Part shown: positions 29,490 to 40,543 of the stretch, one piece after another
Layout: every line of letters starts with the position of its first letter
Numbering within the stretch: the first letter of the stretch is position 1
From: Spirochaetia bacterium
Lineage (GTDB): Bacteria > Spirochaetota > Spirochaetia > UBA9216
Reading direction: 5' to 3'
NCBI GenBank assembly: GCA_963677925.2
Contig: CAXXYH010000004.1
Location: forward strand, 672,001 to 736,000
Length of the DNA: 64,000 bases
Program-made: the position numbers and the translations under genes
Notes under the pieces: model-generated
Seen by the model: the letters and a program-made list of their open reading frames with translations, nothing else
The model's database searches: none
What the model was told of the DNA's origin: nothing

Positions 29490-31928
29490 TCAGACCGGGT
29501 TGTAGCCGGCCTGCTTGACTGCATCCTTTACAGCCTCTGTCAGGGCTGCATTTTCTGCCGCAGCCTTAAATGCAAGTTCTTTCTTTTCAAGATCTACTTC
29601 CGCAGATTCTACTCCGCTGACAGACATTGCCGCTTTTTCAACCGCCATTTTACAGTGGTTGCATGTCATTCCATCTACTGTAATTTTTTCAGTCATTTGA
29701 TCCTCCCTGGATTCATTTGTTTTTACTGGTGTTATTTTTTTCAGTTTGAATTTCTTCAGACTGAGTGAATTTGATACTACTGATACCGAGCTGAACGCCA
29801 TTGCGGCACCGGCAATTATCGGGTTGAGAAATCCGAGTGCGGCAAAGGGAATTCCTATCGAGTTATAGAAAAATGCCCAGAACAGATTCTGCCGGATCTT
29901 CGCCATCGTTTTACGTGAAAGCAGTATTGCCGCTGATATTTCCCTCAGGTCTCCTCTCATAAGAGTTATGTCTGAGGATTCCATGGCTATGTCCGAGCCG
30001 GATCCCATTGCGATACCTATGTCGGCAGTGGCCAGCGCCGGGGCATCATTTATTCCGTCTCCGACCATGGCGACGATTTTCCTGCTGTTCTGAAGTTTTT
30101 TAACTTCGTCGGCCTTCTGTTCCGGCAGGACTTCTGCAAGTATATTTGTAATTCCGGCCTGTTCCGCGATCGCTGCAGCAGTGATTCGGTTGTCTCCGGT
30201 TATCATGTATACTTCTATACCCAGCTCTTTCAGGCGTGCTATCCCTTCCCTGGAATCCGGTTTTATACTGTCCGCAATTGCAAGCAGACCGGATGGATTT
30301 CCGTTTTCTGACATCACTATTACAGTATTGCCCTTTGATTCAAGTTCTGTTTTCCTGGACAGAAATGTTTCAGTGCTGATTCCTTTTTCCTGCATAAAGG
30401 AGGTCGTTCCTATCAGGTATTCTGCACCGTTTAATTTTCCGCTGATTCCCTTTCCCGGAACTGCATTAAAGTCTGAGACCTGCAGCAGAGCAAGGTTTTT
30501 GCTGTCCGCGGCATCAACTACAGCCAAAGCAAGCGGGTGTTCTGAATTCTTTTCCAGAGATGCGGCTGCGGTCAGAAGTGAATCTTCATCCGCCCCGGCA
30601 GTGAGCGGGACAATCTTCTGAAGCGCAGGTTTGCCCATGGTAATGGTTCCGGTTTTATCCAATACAACTGATGTTATTTTTCCGGCGTTCTGAAGTACTT
30701 CTCCGTTTTTAAGTAGTATTCCCCGCTGAGCACCTATCCCGGTTCCCACCATAATTGCTGTTGGGGTAGCAAGGCCGAGAGCACAGGGACATGCTATTAC
30801 AAGAACCGCCACCGCGGGTACTATCGCTGAAAAAACTGATCCGCTTATTACCCACCACAATATGAAGGTAAGAACCGCTATTCCGAGCACTATCGGAACA
30901 AAAACTGCCGCAACCTTGTCTGCCAGTTTCTGGATAGGAGCCTTTGAGCCCTGTGCTTCCTCTACTATCGATATGATTCGGGAAAGAACTGAATCACTGC
31001 CTACATGCTCCGCTTCGAATTTTACTGAACCGTAGCCGTTGATAGATCCGCTTACGACCCTGTCCCCGGCCTGTTTCTCAACCGGCATGCTTTCGCCTGT
31101 TATTACGCTCTCATCGGCGGTTGTGTTTCCGTCAGTGATTATTCCGTCTACCGGAAAACGTTCGCCGGGTTTGACCAGAACGACATCACCTGGAATAACA
31201 TCCTCGATGGGGACCTCTATCTGCTCTCCATTGCGTTCAATATGTGCGGTTTTAGGCTGGAGCCCCATCAGTTTTTTTATCGCCTCGGAGGTTTTTCCTT
31301 TTGCTTTCATTTCAAGGTATCTGCCCAGAAGCACCAGAGTGATAATTATGGCCGAGGCTTCAAAATACAGGCCGGCAGATTCAAAACCGATCCGGGACGC
31401 TATAAAACCGTTGAAGATACTGAATAAATATGCGGTTGAAGTTCCAAGCACTACAAGTACATCCATACCCGGGCTTCCGGATTTTACGGTCTTCCATGCT
31501 ACTTTGTAGAATTCTCTTCCTATCCAGAACTGAACGGGAGTTGCAAGAACCAGCTGAATAAGCGGGTTATGCAGAAACATCAGCGCTTCAATTTTAAGTA
31601 TAGAAGCAAACATAGCTATAAGAAGCGGAATGCTGAGTATTACCGAAATAATGGTTTTTCTTTTAAGAGAATTCAGCTCTTTCTGTTTTACATTTTCTTC
31701 TTTGTCGCTTCCCGGGTCGGGAAGGGCAGCGGCATATCCTGCATCTGATACAGACCTTATTATGTCCTCTATATTAGTTTTATCAGGATCATAGCTGACT
31801 GTTGCTTTTTCTGTGGCAAGATTAACCGAAGCCAGCTCAATACCTGAGCCGCTTTTTATTCCTTTTTCTACATGGGCTACGCATGACGCACAGGTCATAC
31901 CCTGAATATTAAGTTGTACAATTTCCAT
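29490..31928 (-). CDS. copA: Cu(I)-translocating P1B-type ATPase with N- and C-terminal HMA domains
   Basis: GMTCASC, TGES, CPCALGLA, DKTGT, SEHP, GDGINDAP, YN, MAFSS, C-terminal GMTCNHC. Confidence 0.95.
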   Translation of the reverse strand: MEIVQLNIQGMTCASCVAHVEKGIKSGSGIELASVNLATEKATVSYDPDKTNIEDIIRSVSDAGYAAALPDPGSDKEENVKQKELNSLKRKTIISVILSIPLLIAMFASILKIEALMFLHNPLIQLVLATPVQFWIGREFYKVAWKTVKSGSPGMDVLVVLGTSTAYLFSIFNGFIASRIGFESAGLYFEASAIIITLVLLGRYLEMKAKGKTSEAIKKLMGLQPKTAHIERNGEQIEVPIEDVIPGDVVLVKPGERFPVDGIITDGNTTADESVITGESMPVEKQAGDRVVSGSINGYGSVKFEAEHVGSDSVLSRIISIVEEAQGSKAPIQKLADKVAAVFVPIVLGIAVLTFILWWVISGSVFSAIVPAVAVLVIACPCALGLATPTAIMVGTGIGAQRGILLKNGEVLQNAGKITSVVLDKTGTITMGKPALQKIVPLTAGADEDSLLTAAASLEKNSEHPLALAVVDAADSKNLALLQVSDFNAVPGKGISGKLNGAEYLIGTTSFMQEKGISTETFLSRKTELESKGNTVIVMSENGNPSGLLAIADSIKPDSREGIARLKELGIEVYMITGDNRITAAAIAEQAGITNILAEVLPEQKADEVKKLQNSRKIVAMVGDGINDAPALATADIGIAMGSGSDIAMESSDITLMRGDLREISAAILLSRKTMAKIRQNLFWAFFYNSIGIPFAALGFLNPIIAGAAMAFSSVSVVSNSLSLKKFKLKKITPVKTNESREDQMTEKITVDGMTCNHCKMAVEKAAMSVSGVESAEVDLEKKELAFKAAAENAALTEAVKDAVKQAGYNPV

Positions 31929-31937
31929 AATGACTCC

Positions 31938-32261
31938 CTATTTTGTCATTTTCCGGACAGTAGCTAAAAGCTCATCAATAACTTCATCGCTGCCTTCGCG
32001 AATCTGTTCTACAACACAGCTTTTCATATGTGCTTCAAGCAGCGACATCTTCACACCGTTAATTGCTGACTGTACAGCCATGAATTGGTGAAGAATATCG
32101 TCACAGTAGACGTCTTTTTCAATCATTCCGGAAATACCGCGGATCTGCCCTTCAATTTTTTTCATCCGTGTAATCATATTCGCTTTCTGCTCATATGAGT
32201 GATGAGCCTTTCTGGTTCCGCCTGTATTTTCAGCAAGGATATGGCAGCTATTTTCGTTCAT
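31938..32261 (-). CDS. csoR: CsoR/RcnR-family copper-sensing repressor
   Basis: RMKKIEGQIRGI..M...YCDDIL...H..SC ligand set; directly upstream of copA. Confidence 0.92.
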   Translation of the reverse strand: MNENSCHILAENTGGTRKAHHSYEQKANMITRMKKIEGQIRGISGMIEKDVYCDDILHQFMAVQSAINGVKMSLLEAHMKSCVVEQIREGSDEVIDELLATVRKMTK

Positions 32262-32388
32262 ATTTATTCTCCCTGTTCAGATCGCAGCAGTCTAGTCGTC
32301 CTTTTCCATAAAGATCTTCATTAACCTTTGCGAGTCTGTCCAGATAATTTTTCCACTTTCTGCTGATGGAATTAAGTACTCTCTTCAT
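32248..32388 (-). CDS. 46-aa LDCC-motif putative metal-binding microprotein (absent from the ORF track)
   Basis: Hand translation MKRVLNSISRKWKNYLDRLAKVNEDLYGKGRLDCCDLNRENKYERK*; SD GGAGG 7 nt upstream; overlaps the csoR start. Confidence 0.8.
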   Translation of the reverse strand: MKRVLNSISRKWKNYLDRLAKVNEDLYGKGRLDCCDLNRENKYERK

Positions 32389-32402
32389 TTCCATACCTCC
32401 AG

Positions 32403-32419
32403 ATACCCCCAGGGGGTAT
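32403..32419. promoter_or_regulatory. CsoR operator
   Basis: ATACCCCC-A-GGGGGTAT, the C-tract/G-tract palindrome typical of CsoR sites, just upstream of the copper operon. Confidence 0.88.
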
Positions 32420-32455
32420 GTTTATAAGCTAATAAACATTACTTAAATTGTCAAG

Positions 32456-34480
32456 TTAAGAATTGGAGGGAAGAGGAATGATTAATGTAAATTCTGATCC
32501 TTCAGCATTACTGTAAGTAAGTTCTGCGTTTATCTGAGTTGTAAGTTCATCAACGAGCTGAAGACCAAGAGAGGAATCCCGGCTGCTGCTGAAATCAAAA
32601 CCGCGGCCGTTGTCATCTACTGTGAGTTTGATCTCATCCGGATTTAATCTAATGCAATTTACTGATATCTGCTTTTCATTTTTCATAATAAAAGCATATT
32701 TAATACTGTTGGAAATCAGTTCGTTTAGAATCAGGCCGAGTGTAACCGCGAGATCTATTGTTACTGACTCCCGGCAGCAGTCGACTGAAAACTTCAGATC
32801 CTTTACAGTTTCATCCGACAGGATTGAAATAAGAGAGGTTATGTATTCGCTGAGATCTATGTTGGATAAAGCTGTAGTCTCATACAGCTGTTCATGTGCG
32901 GTAGCCATGGCCAGAATCCGGTTCTGACTTTTTAATAGGGCATCCAGGGCTTTGGGATCTGTAATTCCCGGAATCTGGAGATTAAGCAGACTGGATATTA
33001 TCTGCAGATTATTTTTTACTCTATGATGAACTTCCTGAAGCAGAGTATTTTTTTCCGTAAGTGATTTTTTCAGCTGAAGTTCGGTGTTTTTCCTTGTTGT
33101 AATATCCCGGAAGATGCTCAGCAAAGTAGTTTTTCCCATCAGTTCAATACCGGCGGAATTAATTTCATAGTATTTTGAGCCCCCGGCCAGAACGATTTCG
33201 CTCTCAAATTTGCCTGGTGTATTATTTTTAATGAATTCGGGATTCAACATTTCAGGAGTTTTCAGCAGCAGATTCTGCTCGATTTTTGCTGCCATGTTTG
33301 TCCGGAAAATCCGCCCCCTTGTATCGTGCACAAAGATCATATCAGGAATATTTTCAAACAGTGTTTTAAACAGCTTCTCATTCTTTTTTCTGAAGTAGAA
33401 ATTGAATGCGAGAAGGATGACAAGTATTGAAAGCACAATTATTACCGAAGTGATAAACCAGAATAAGCCTGGAGAGTTATGGTAAAGAGTATCAGGTTTA
33501 TTCAGTATCACGCTGTTCAGGGGTATATCATAAGAGCTGATTCCGTATTTCCTCATTATCTCATAATCAAAATACGGATATACATCCTTATTCCTGGAGA
33601 TTGGAATACTGTCGGCTGGATTTCCGTTGAGAATCTGTATTGCCGCTTCCGCCAGCCATGTACCCTGCTGTTCAGATTTAACAACTATTCCTCCTAATGT
33701 TCCGTCAGTAATTGTAAAATCATATATTGCAAAAACCGGCCCGGCTGCTGCTTTTACTATTACCGGAATAATTACGGAAGGATCGAAGGTTCTGTCATTT
33801 CCGTCTCTCCAGAAACTGATATGAAGTACTGCGCTTTTCCTGGGGAGACTCTTAAGGTCGTCAATTAACTGTTCAAGCGGGATGTTGAATAATTCAATAA
33901 ACTGCAAATCTGTAGAAAACGGGCTTGATTCTGATCTTAGTTCTATAAGATCGGATACTGCAGAAGGTGTTGAATCAGATATTATCGCAATGGTTTCCAC
34001 CTCAGGAAACAGTTTTTCAATAAGCTCAATATTACTGGTGAAATCTGAAACTTCAGCCACTCCAGTGATATTTATTTCCTTATCAAGTTCATATAGATCA
34101 ATATTATTGATACCGGCAAATACGCAGGGTACACCTGGGAATAACTCATCCCTGTATTTCAGCAGAAACCTCAGGGCATTATCATCAGTACAAAGTATGA
34201 CTTCAAATTGATGGCCAAGATATTTTCTTTTTATGTATTCAAGGAAAATCGATTCCATTTTTTCAGGTCTGTTTCTTTTTGTGTCATAATATTCTTTGTC
34301 TATCGAAATGAATGGATAATCCTGCCTCAACCGCCTGGTAATGGTTCGATCGATAGCCTCTGTCCATGGAAAATCAGGGTGATAAGAATGAATCAGAAGA
34401 ACCTTTGGCGGCTCTGCCTGTGCATAAACACATAGAACTGTACAAATGATTAGCAGGCAGAAGCTGACAGTTTTTCTCAT
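32456..34480 (-). CDS. Sensor histidine kinase (periplasmic binding-protein-like sensor, TM, PAS, HisKA_2, HATPase)
   Basis: IHSYHPDFPWT sensor, EVHHRVKNNLQ, NELISNSIKYAF, DNGRG; start at 34480 preferred (TATAAT 6 nt upstream, followed by a signal peptide). Confidence 0.9.
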   Translation of the reverse strand: MRKTVSFCLLIICTVLCVYAQAEPPKVLLIHSYHPDFPWTEAIDRTITRRLRQDYPFISIDKEYYDTKRNRPEKMESIFLEYIKRKYLGHQFEVILCTDDNALRFLLKYRDELFPGVPCVFAGINNIDLYELDKEINITGVAEVSDFTSNIELIEKLFPEVETIAIISDSTPSAVSDLIELRSESSPFSTDLQFIELFNIPLEQLIDDLKSLPRKSAVLHISFWRDGNDRTFDPSVIIPVIVKAAAGPVFAIYDFTITDGTLGGIVVKSEQQGTWLAEAAIQILNGNPADSIPISRNKDVYPYFDYEIMRKYGISSYDIPLNSVILNKPDTLYHNSPGLFWFITSVIIVLSILVILLAFNFYFRKKNEKLFKTLFENIPDMIFVHDTRGRIFRTNMAAKIEQNLLLKTPEMLNPEFIKNNTPGKFESEIVLAGGSKYYEINSAGIELMGKTTLLSIFRDITTRKNTELQLKKSLTEKNTLLQEVHHRVKNNLQIISSLLNLQIPGITDPKALDALLKSQNRILAMATAHEQLYETTALSNIDLSEYITSLISILSDETVKDLKFSVDCCRESVTIDLAVTLGLILNELISNSIKYAFIMKNEKQISVNCIRLNPDEIKLTVDDNGRGFDFSSSRDSSLGLQLVDELTTQINAELTYSNAEGSEFTLIIPLPSNS

Positions 34481-34663
34481 AGTTACATTATAGAATTCCT
34501 CAGAAGCTATCGCCAGTAAACTGTGATATAATTTCAATCATGAAAATAAAGTCTATTATTCTCATGCTTATTCTGATAGCCTGTTCGCTATCTTTGTACG
34601 GAAATCCGGCATGGCCTGGCCTTGCTGCGGTTTATACTACTAAATATTAAAAAGTGAGTTGTT

Positions 34664-37600
34664 ATGAAAAAAATCATTCTTTTAATCATTATCTCAATTC
34701 TGGTCTTTTCGTGCAGTGAAAAAGCCGAACAAACGGCTGTACAGGCTGATGCAGAAACAGTAGAGCTTTCAGGGTTTGATGGTACGGCTGTCGGCCGTGA
34801 TATGTCCAAACTGGTTGGCGGTCCGTCAAAAGAAGTATCGGATGAAGGCTACACCAGAGAAGGTTTTGATTTGTCGGCGACAACAGTAAACTACTTTTCT
34901 GCAGATGCGCTGGATACTGCTGATTTTGTTATCGAAGATGATGGCCGGAGCTTTGAAATTACCGATTTCGGACCGGATGGTCAGCTTCCCCGTGAGAACA
35001 GAAAACCGGTCATCTATGTAACTTTTTCACATGCTATGGTGCCGGTTGGAAAACTGGGAGCGCCGCTTTCTGTGTTTGAGGGCCTATCAATTTCTCCCGA
35101 ACTGAAAGGAACCTATCACTGGTACGGTACACGGACTCTTAGCTTTGAACCTGATGAGCTTCTGCAGAGCCAGCAGGAGTACACGGTTACAGTCAGCAGT
35201 GACCTGCAGTCTCTCGGAAAGAAGTCGCTTGCAGTAGATTTCAGCTTCAGTTTTAAGACTGAGCCCCTGGACATTGCCGGGATGCGGCCCGGTACCTATG
35301 ACAGGGTATGGGATGATTTTTATAATGTTCCCCCTGAATTTTCTCAGCATATTCTGCTTTCATTTACTGAACCGGTAGATCCAGTTTATATAAAATCTTT
35401 CATAAAAATCAGATCCGGACAAAAGGATTTTTCATTCAGGGTTTCAAGACCGGAAAGTGAAGAGCAGGAGCTTGATGAAAATTATATTTCAAGAACTCTT
35501 CAGCTGGAGCTCGATGAGGCTCCTCCCTTTGATTCGGATATTAATGTTGTGCTTGAAGCGGGCGCCGCCTCGGCTGAAGGAAAAAACGGCAGGCCGGGGG
35601 CCGTTTTCAGAAAATATCATACCCTCAAGCCTTTCAGGTTTGTGTCGGAGAGCACTTATTCATACGCCTTTCCCCGAAGCCGTACCGGCACAATTAACCC
35701 TGTTTTTATTGAAATGTCCCAGCCTGTAAACAGTGCCGGTGCAATTGATTTAATAAGTACGTCATTTGGAGTAATTGAAGACTGGGCTGACAAGGTGGAA
35801 ATCTGGGAAAATATAATCAGGATAAACGATCTGCCCGTTGAGTACGGCAAAAATTACGAAGTAGTTCTTAAAGCCGGGCTCTCAGATATCTATGGTCAGG
35901 AGCTTCAAACAGACAGGGCTGTAGAAATCTATGTGCCGGAAGCCTCGCCCTATGCCTATTTCCCGGGCGGCAGTGTTTACCGCGATACCGACTACAACTT
36001 CAGAATGCTTGAATCACAGTTTGCCCCTAAGGTGATCTATGAGTATCAGAATATTTCCGAGGGGCAGATGGCTGTTAACCCGGTTTCAAACCTCTACAGC
36101 AATATAAGAACTGATCTGACTCCGGTTGATTTTGCCGACAGCCTAAAAAATGAGGCTAATTACAAAATCCTTGATCTTAGCCCCTGGCTGAATGAAGACG
36201 GTTTTGGTTCGGTGCAGCTGAACTGGAACTTTGTTAATCCCAGCACAAGCCGCTACAAGAATGATTACAGGCAGAACCTCGTAGTTCAGGTTACCGATCT
36301 CGGTGTAACCGTAAGATACGCATATAATACCATTCTTGTCTGGGTTAACAGTCTTACAGACGGAGAGCCGGTTGCCGCTGCCGATGTTTCAATAAAAGTC
36401 GGCGGAAGTGATAAAACAATGCTGACTGATGCTGACGGCCTCGCTGTTTTTAAACTTACCGGTTATGAAAACAAGAATGTCTACAGCAGCCGCTATCATT
36501 CACGGTTCAGCAATCCTCTTACAGTTACGGTTAACGGAGATCGGGCTGATTTCCTGCCGTCCGGAACCCACAGCGCCTGGCATTTCGGTGTGTATTCAGG
36601 TGCCGGACCCTGGGCCGGTAACGACCCCGAGCCGGTTACCTTCTTTTTTACAGATCGCGGGCTCTACAGGCCGGGTGAAACCCTGACGTTCCGGGGAATA
36701 GACCGTGATATCAGGCTCGGCGATTTCGAATCCTACACCGGCGATTTTCAGCTTAATGCAAAAAAGCAGGAATGGCGGGCTAAACCCTTTAACGAAATAA
36801 CCGGTTCAACAACAACTGAAGGCGGATTCTACGGAAAGATAGACCTGCCTGAGGATCTTGAGCCCGGAACCTATCAGCTGGCCTACAAGAGATCAGGCGG
36901 TACAGGAGAGACAAGGCTTACCTTTGAAATAGCTAACTTCCGCAGACTCAATTTCGAGGTCAGCTCAAAGGTTCCACAGCGGCTGTTTATTCAGGGTGAT
37001 ACAGTTTCTGTTCCTGTTAAGGCCTCCTACCTGGCCGGCGGCGCAATGGCTAATGCTGATTACAGCTACTTCTGGACCCGGCAGCCGGCATGGTTTCATC
37101 CGGAAGGCGAAAAATACAGCGACTGGGTTTTCGGTCCCGATCATTCAGGGGGAACTCAGAATCTTACTCATAAAGCCGGAAAACTTAATGCCTCCGGAGA
37201 AGTCCGTGCAGAACAGGAAACCGGCGATGAAACCATCGAAGGCCAGCCTTTCAGGTATGTACTTGAGACGAAAGTTGAAGATATCGACCGCCAGGAGGTT
37301 TCAAGCAGGGCTTCGGTTCTGGTTCATCCGGGCAGTTACTATATCGGAGCAAGACTGACCTCCGGCAGCAAGGGCTGGTGGTCGCGTTTTGTCGCTGAAG
37401 ATACCGAGCAGACCGCCGAGTTTATTCTTGTAGACCCGGAAGGCGGTGAGGTTTCAGCAGAGGCCGAGATTATAGTGGAGCTTATTCAGAGGTCCTGGGT
37501 TACGGCTCAGCAGCAGGGAGTCTACGGACGAATAAATACCCGCTATACCCTGGTTGAGAAAGTTGTTGATACACAGACTGTAAAGCACAGCGGGGGAACA

Positions 37601-40537
37601 TCAACTGTTAAATTTAAGCCGACAGAGGCCGGCTCCTATATTCTCCGCTCGAAGGCCCTTGATGAAGAGGGCAGGACGATAGTCACTGATTTGAGGCTAT
37701 ATGCAACCGGTGCTTCCTGGATAAAGTGGGCTAACTCCGGAGCCGATGATATAAATCTTATTGTTGATAAATCACTGTACAGCGTCGGCGAAACAGCGAG
37801 AATCCTTGTGCAGTCTCCGCTCCCTGACGGAAAGTATCTGATGACTGTAGAGCGCGAGGGAATATTCGAAGAAAAGATTATTAGCTTCGAAGGTTCAACC
37901 GGTGTTATTGAGCTTCCGATAACTGAAGATCATGTGCCGGTAATCTATGTTGCCATCTGTTCACAGCAGGAAAGAACCTCAACTGCAGAATCCTACTTTG
38001 ATCCGGATTTGGGCAAACCCAAGGGCTACTTTGGAATTACTGCAGTCAATGTTTCCACAGCTACCAGAGAGCTGGATATTGAGGTGATTCCCGATAAAAA
38101 GATACACAGGCCCGGTGAGCAGATGGAGGTAGTGCTGAAGGTTACAAAGGACGGAAAGCCTGTCGCCGATTCAGAGATGATTTTTCTGGCTGTGGACAGG
38201 GGCGTTCTTGATCTTATCAACTACCATGTTCCTAATCCCCTGACACATTTTTATGACCCTGATAATTTCAGATTTGCAGTAGCGGGCGATGATTCACGCA
38301 GACTCCTTCTGGATCCGGTGACTTACGATGTTTCGGAACTTCAGGGGGGGGATGGCGATAAACTCAACCGTCGTGAGGATTTTGTTCCTCTTGCTGTCTT
38401 TGAACCCTTTCTGAAGACCGATTCAAAGGGTGAGGCTCATGTCAGTTTTGAGCTTCCCGATACACTTACAACCTACAGAGCAACTGCCATCGCCCTTGAA
38501 AATGCAGATATCGGCTTCTCGGAATCGGAATTTCTGGTACAGAATCCTATAAATGTCAGAACCGCCCTGCCGCGGAAACTCCGGTACCGGGATACTACGA
38601 TAGGCGGTCTGATTCTTCAGAATCTTGATTCCGAATCTCATAAAATGACAGTTTCTATAAAAGCCGACGGAATCTCGATTGGTGATTCTGAGAAGAAATC
38701 TGTAACTGTCCCGGCTGAATCATCATATGAAATGACCTGGCTCCTGATGGCTGAACAGACAGGAACAGCTGAACTTGTATTTACTGTAAACTCCGATGTT
38801 CTTAATGAAGAGCTTGTGCAGAAGCTTGAAATAGAGACTCCCCTTGTTAAAGAGGCGTTTACGACAATCGGAAGCACCGACACCTTCTTTGAGGAAGCGC
38901 TTGTTCTTCCTTCCGCCGTACAGCAGGATTTCGGGAGCCTTTCCTTTCAGCTTGATTCAACCAGAATGCCGCTTATACGCGAACCTCTCAGTCTTCTTGC
39001 CGACTACAGGCTGTCCGGAACCTCTTTCCTTCTTCCATACGGCTACAGGGCTCTGCCCGGGCTTCTCTTCGGCGATGCTGCTTCAAAGATGCTCCCTGAA
39101 TCAGCAATAGATCCCGAGGGCCGCGCAAAAGTGTATTTTACACGGGCAGCCAATTACCAGTGGTCGGACGGCGGAATACGAATGACCTCCGGCGGAATAT
39201 CAAGTTCTCCGAGAGCCTCGGTTCAGGCGGCAGGACTGCTGAATATTGCAAAGACAAAGGGCTATACTTCTGTGATTCCTGAAAATCTGGACCAGGGTAA
39301 ATTATATAAATACCTTTCGGATCTGGCGAAAAATGAAAAGATACCGCTTTATTTCAGAACACGGGCAGCTGCAGAGCTTGCTGAGGCAGGCCGTCCTGTA
39401 CCTGAAACTGTACGGGCTCTAGAAGGCTATGAAGACAGCCTCGGACTCTCGGGTTACGGATACCTGGCAATTGCCGAACTTGCACAGGGCAGCAGGACAA
39501 AGGCTGAAGAAATCTGGGGAAGGATGAAGAACTTTCTTGCGATAAGCACCCAGAGCGTAGATCTTGAAGAAACTTATGAGGCTGCCGGATATTTTGATTC
39601 GGAGATAGAACAGCTGTCTCTTATACTTAAGGTTGCGGTACTGATGGATGAGTCCGATGATATGGTAAGCCGCCTTTCTGAAAGCATCGGAAGAAGGATC
39701 CAGGCTGCAAGATGGTTAAGCTATCCGGACTGCGAAGCTGCCGCAGCAGCCTTCGGTACAGCCTTTAAGGATGAGAGCGGTGAAGATACCGATTTTACCG
39801 CTTCAATTAAAATCTCTGAAACAGCTGTTGCTTCTGAATCCTTTGAAGGAATTTCTGAAAATCCCTTTGTTAAGGAACTCTCTCTGAATGGACCTGAACT
39901 TGGAGTCCTGGAAAAAAATAAACCCTATATAATGCGATTTGAGAAGGACGGAAAGGGTAAGCTTTATTACACGTCAACGATAGAGTATGCGCTGCCCTCT
40001 GAAATTGTACAGCCGAGGGATGAAGGATTGTCTGTCTACACGGTCATTGAAACTCTGGATGGTGAAGAAGTTTCTGCTGATAATATTGTGCTGGGTGAAA
40101 CATACCGCTGCAGGGCCTTCATCAGCTCTGATCGTGACCGCAGTTTTCTTACTCTGTCGGTTCCTGTTCCATCAGGAGCAGATATAATTGATTCAACATT
40201 CGTGACAAGCTCAAGCTATGCCGATGAAGGCGGCGTTAACTCGGAAGAATGGACACGGGAAACGGTATACGGTGATAAGCAGAGTTTTATCGCAGAAGGC
40301 ACAATCAACTTTGAATACGGCGGATGGTGGATGCACTACTACCGCCCGGAGATGCTTGTTTACGATAATGAGATGATCTACCAATGGGAGTACTTTTATA
40401 AGGGAGAACGCCGGGTCTCTTTTCTGTTCAAGGCAACAACTCCGGGTCTGTACCCTGTACCGCCGGCTCAGGCCTCTCTGATGCTTGAACCTGAGGTTTT
40501 CGGACGAACCGGCGGCGGTCTGTTTGTGATACAGTAA
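34664..40537 (+). CDS. Bacterial alpha-2-macroglobulin family lipoprotein
   Basis: LVFSC lipobox; FTDRGLYRPGE, AVDRGVL, LPDTLTTYR, PAQASLMLEPEVFGRT; upstream of pbpC; no CxEQ motif. Confidence 0.92.
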   Translation: MKKIILLIIISILVFSCSEKAEQTAVQADAETVELSGFDGTAVGRDMSKLVGGPSKEVSDEGYTREGFDLSATTVNYFSADALDTADFVIEDDGRSFEITDFGPDGQLPRENRKPVIYVTFSHAMVPVGKLGAPLSVFEGLSISPELKGTYHWYGTRTLSFEPDELLQSQQEYTVTVSSDLQSLGKKSLAVDFSFSFKTEPLDIAGMRPGTYDRVWDDFYNVPPEFSQHILLSFTEPVDPVYIKSFIKIRSGQKDFSFRVSRPESEEQELDENYISRTLQLELDEAPPFDSDINVVLEAGAASAEGKNGRPGAVFRKYHTLKPFRFVSESTYSYAFPRSRTGTINPVFIEMSQPVNSAGAIDLISTSFGVIEDWADKVEIWENIIRINDLPVEYGKNYEVVLKAGLSDIYGQELQTDRAVEIYVPEASPYAYFPGGSVYRDTDYNFRMLESQFAPKVIYEYQNISEGQMAVNPVSNLYSNIRTDLTPVDFADSLKNEANYKILDLSPWLNEDGFGSVQLNWNFVNPSTSRYKNDYRQNLVVQVTDLGVTVRYAYNTILVWVNSLTDGEPVAAADVSIKVGGSDKTMLTDADGLAVFKLTGYENKNVYSSRYHSRFSNPLTVTVNGDRADFLPSGTHSAWHFGVYSGAGPWAGNDPEPVTFFFTDRGLYRPGETLTFRGIDRDIRLGDFESYTGDFQLNAKKQEWRAKPFNEITGSTTTEGGFYGKIDLPEDLEPGTYQLAYKRSGGTGETRLTFEIANFRRLNFEVSSKVPQRLFIQGDTVSVPVKASYLAGGAMANADYSYFWTRQPAWFHPEGEKYSDWVFGPDHSGGTQNLTHKAGKLNASGEVRAEQETGDETIEGQPFRYVLETKVEDIDRQEVSSRASVLVHPGSYYIGARLTSGSKGWWSRFVAEDTEQTAEFILVDPEGGEVSAEAEIIVELIQRSWVTAQQQGVYGRINTRYTLVEKVVDTQTVKHSGGTSTVKFKPTEAGSYILRSKALDEEGRTIVTDLRLYATGASWIKWANSGADDINLIVDKSLYSVGETARILVQSPLPDGKYLMTVEREGIFEEKIISFEGSTGVIELPITEDHVPVIYVAICSQQERTSTAESYFDPDLGKPKGYFGITAVNVSTATRELDIEVIPDKKIHRPGEQMEVVLKVTKDGKPVADSEMIFLAVDRGVLDLINYHVPNPLTHFYDPDNFRFAVAGDDSRRLLLDPVTYDVSELQGGDGDKLNRREDFVPLAVFEPFLKTDSKGEAHVSFELPDTLTTYRATAIALENADIGFSESEFLVQNPINVRTALPRKLRYRDTTIGGLILQNLDSESHKMTVSIKADGISIGDSEKKSVTVPAESSYEMTWLLMAEQTGTAELVFTVNSDVLNEELVQKLEIETPLVKEAFTTIGSTDTFFEEALVLPSAVQQDFGSLSFQLDSTRMPLIREPLSLLADYRLSGTSFLLPYGYRALPGLLFGDAASKMLPESAIDPEGRAKVYFTRAANYQWSDGGIRMTSGGISSSPRASVQAAGLLNIAKTKGYTSVIPENLDQGKLYKYLSDLAKNEKIPLYFRTRAAAELAEAGRPVPETVRALEGYEDSLGLSGYGYLAIAELAQGSRTKAEEIWGRMKNFLAISTQSVDLEETYEAAGYFDSEIEQLSLILKVAVLMDESDDMVSRLSESIGRRIQAARWLSYPDCEAAAAAFGTAFKDESGEDTDFTASIKISETAVASESFEGISENPFVKELSLNGPELGVLEKNKPYIMRFEKDGKGKLYYTSTIEYALPSEIVQPRDEGLSVYTVIETLDGEEVSADNIVLGETYRCRAFISSDRDRSFLTLSVPVPSGADIIDSTFVTSSSYADEGGVNSEEWTRETVYGDKQSFIAEGTINFEYGGWWMHYYRPEMLVYDNEMIYQWEYFYKGERRVSFLFKATTPGLYPVPPAQASLMLEPEVFGRTGGGLFVIQ

Positions 40538-40543
40538 GGATCC

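Noticed and set aside
38341-38352. G8 homopolymer in the macroglobulin gene as a phase-variation site
   Set aside because: It is in frame, encodes QGGD in the Gly-rich bait region, and a single sequence gives no evidence of variation
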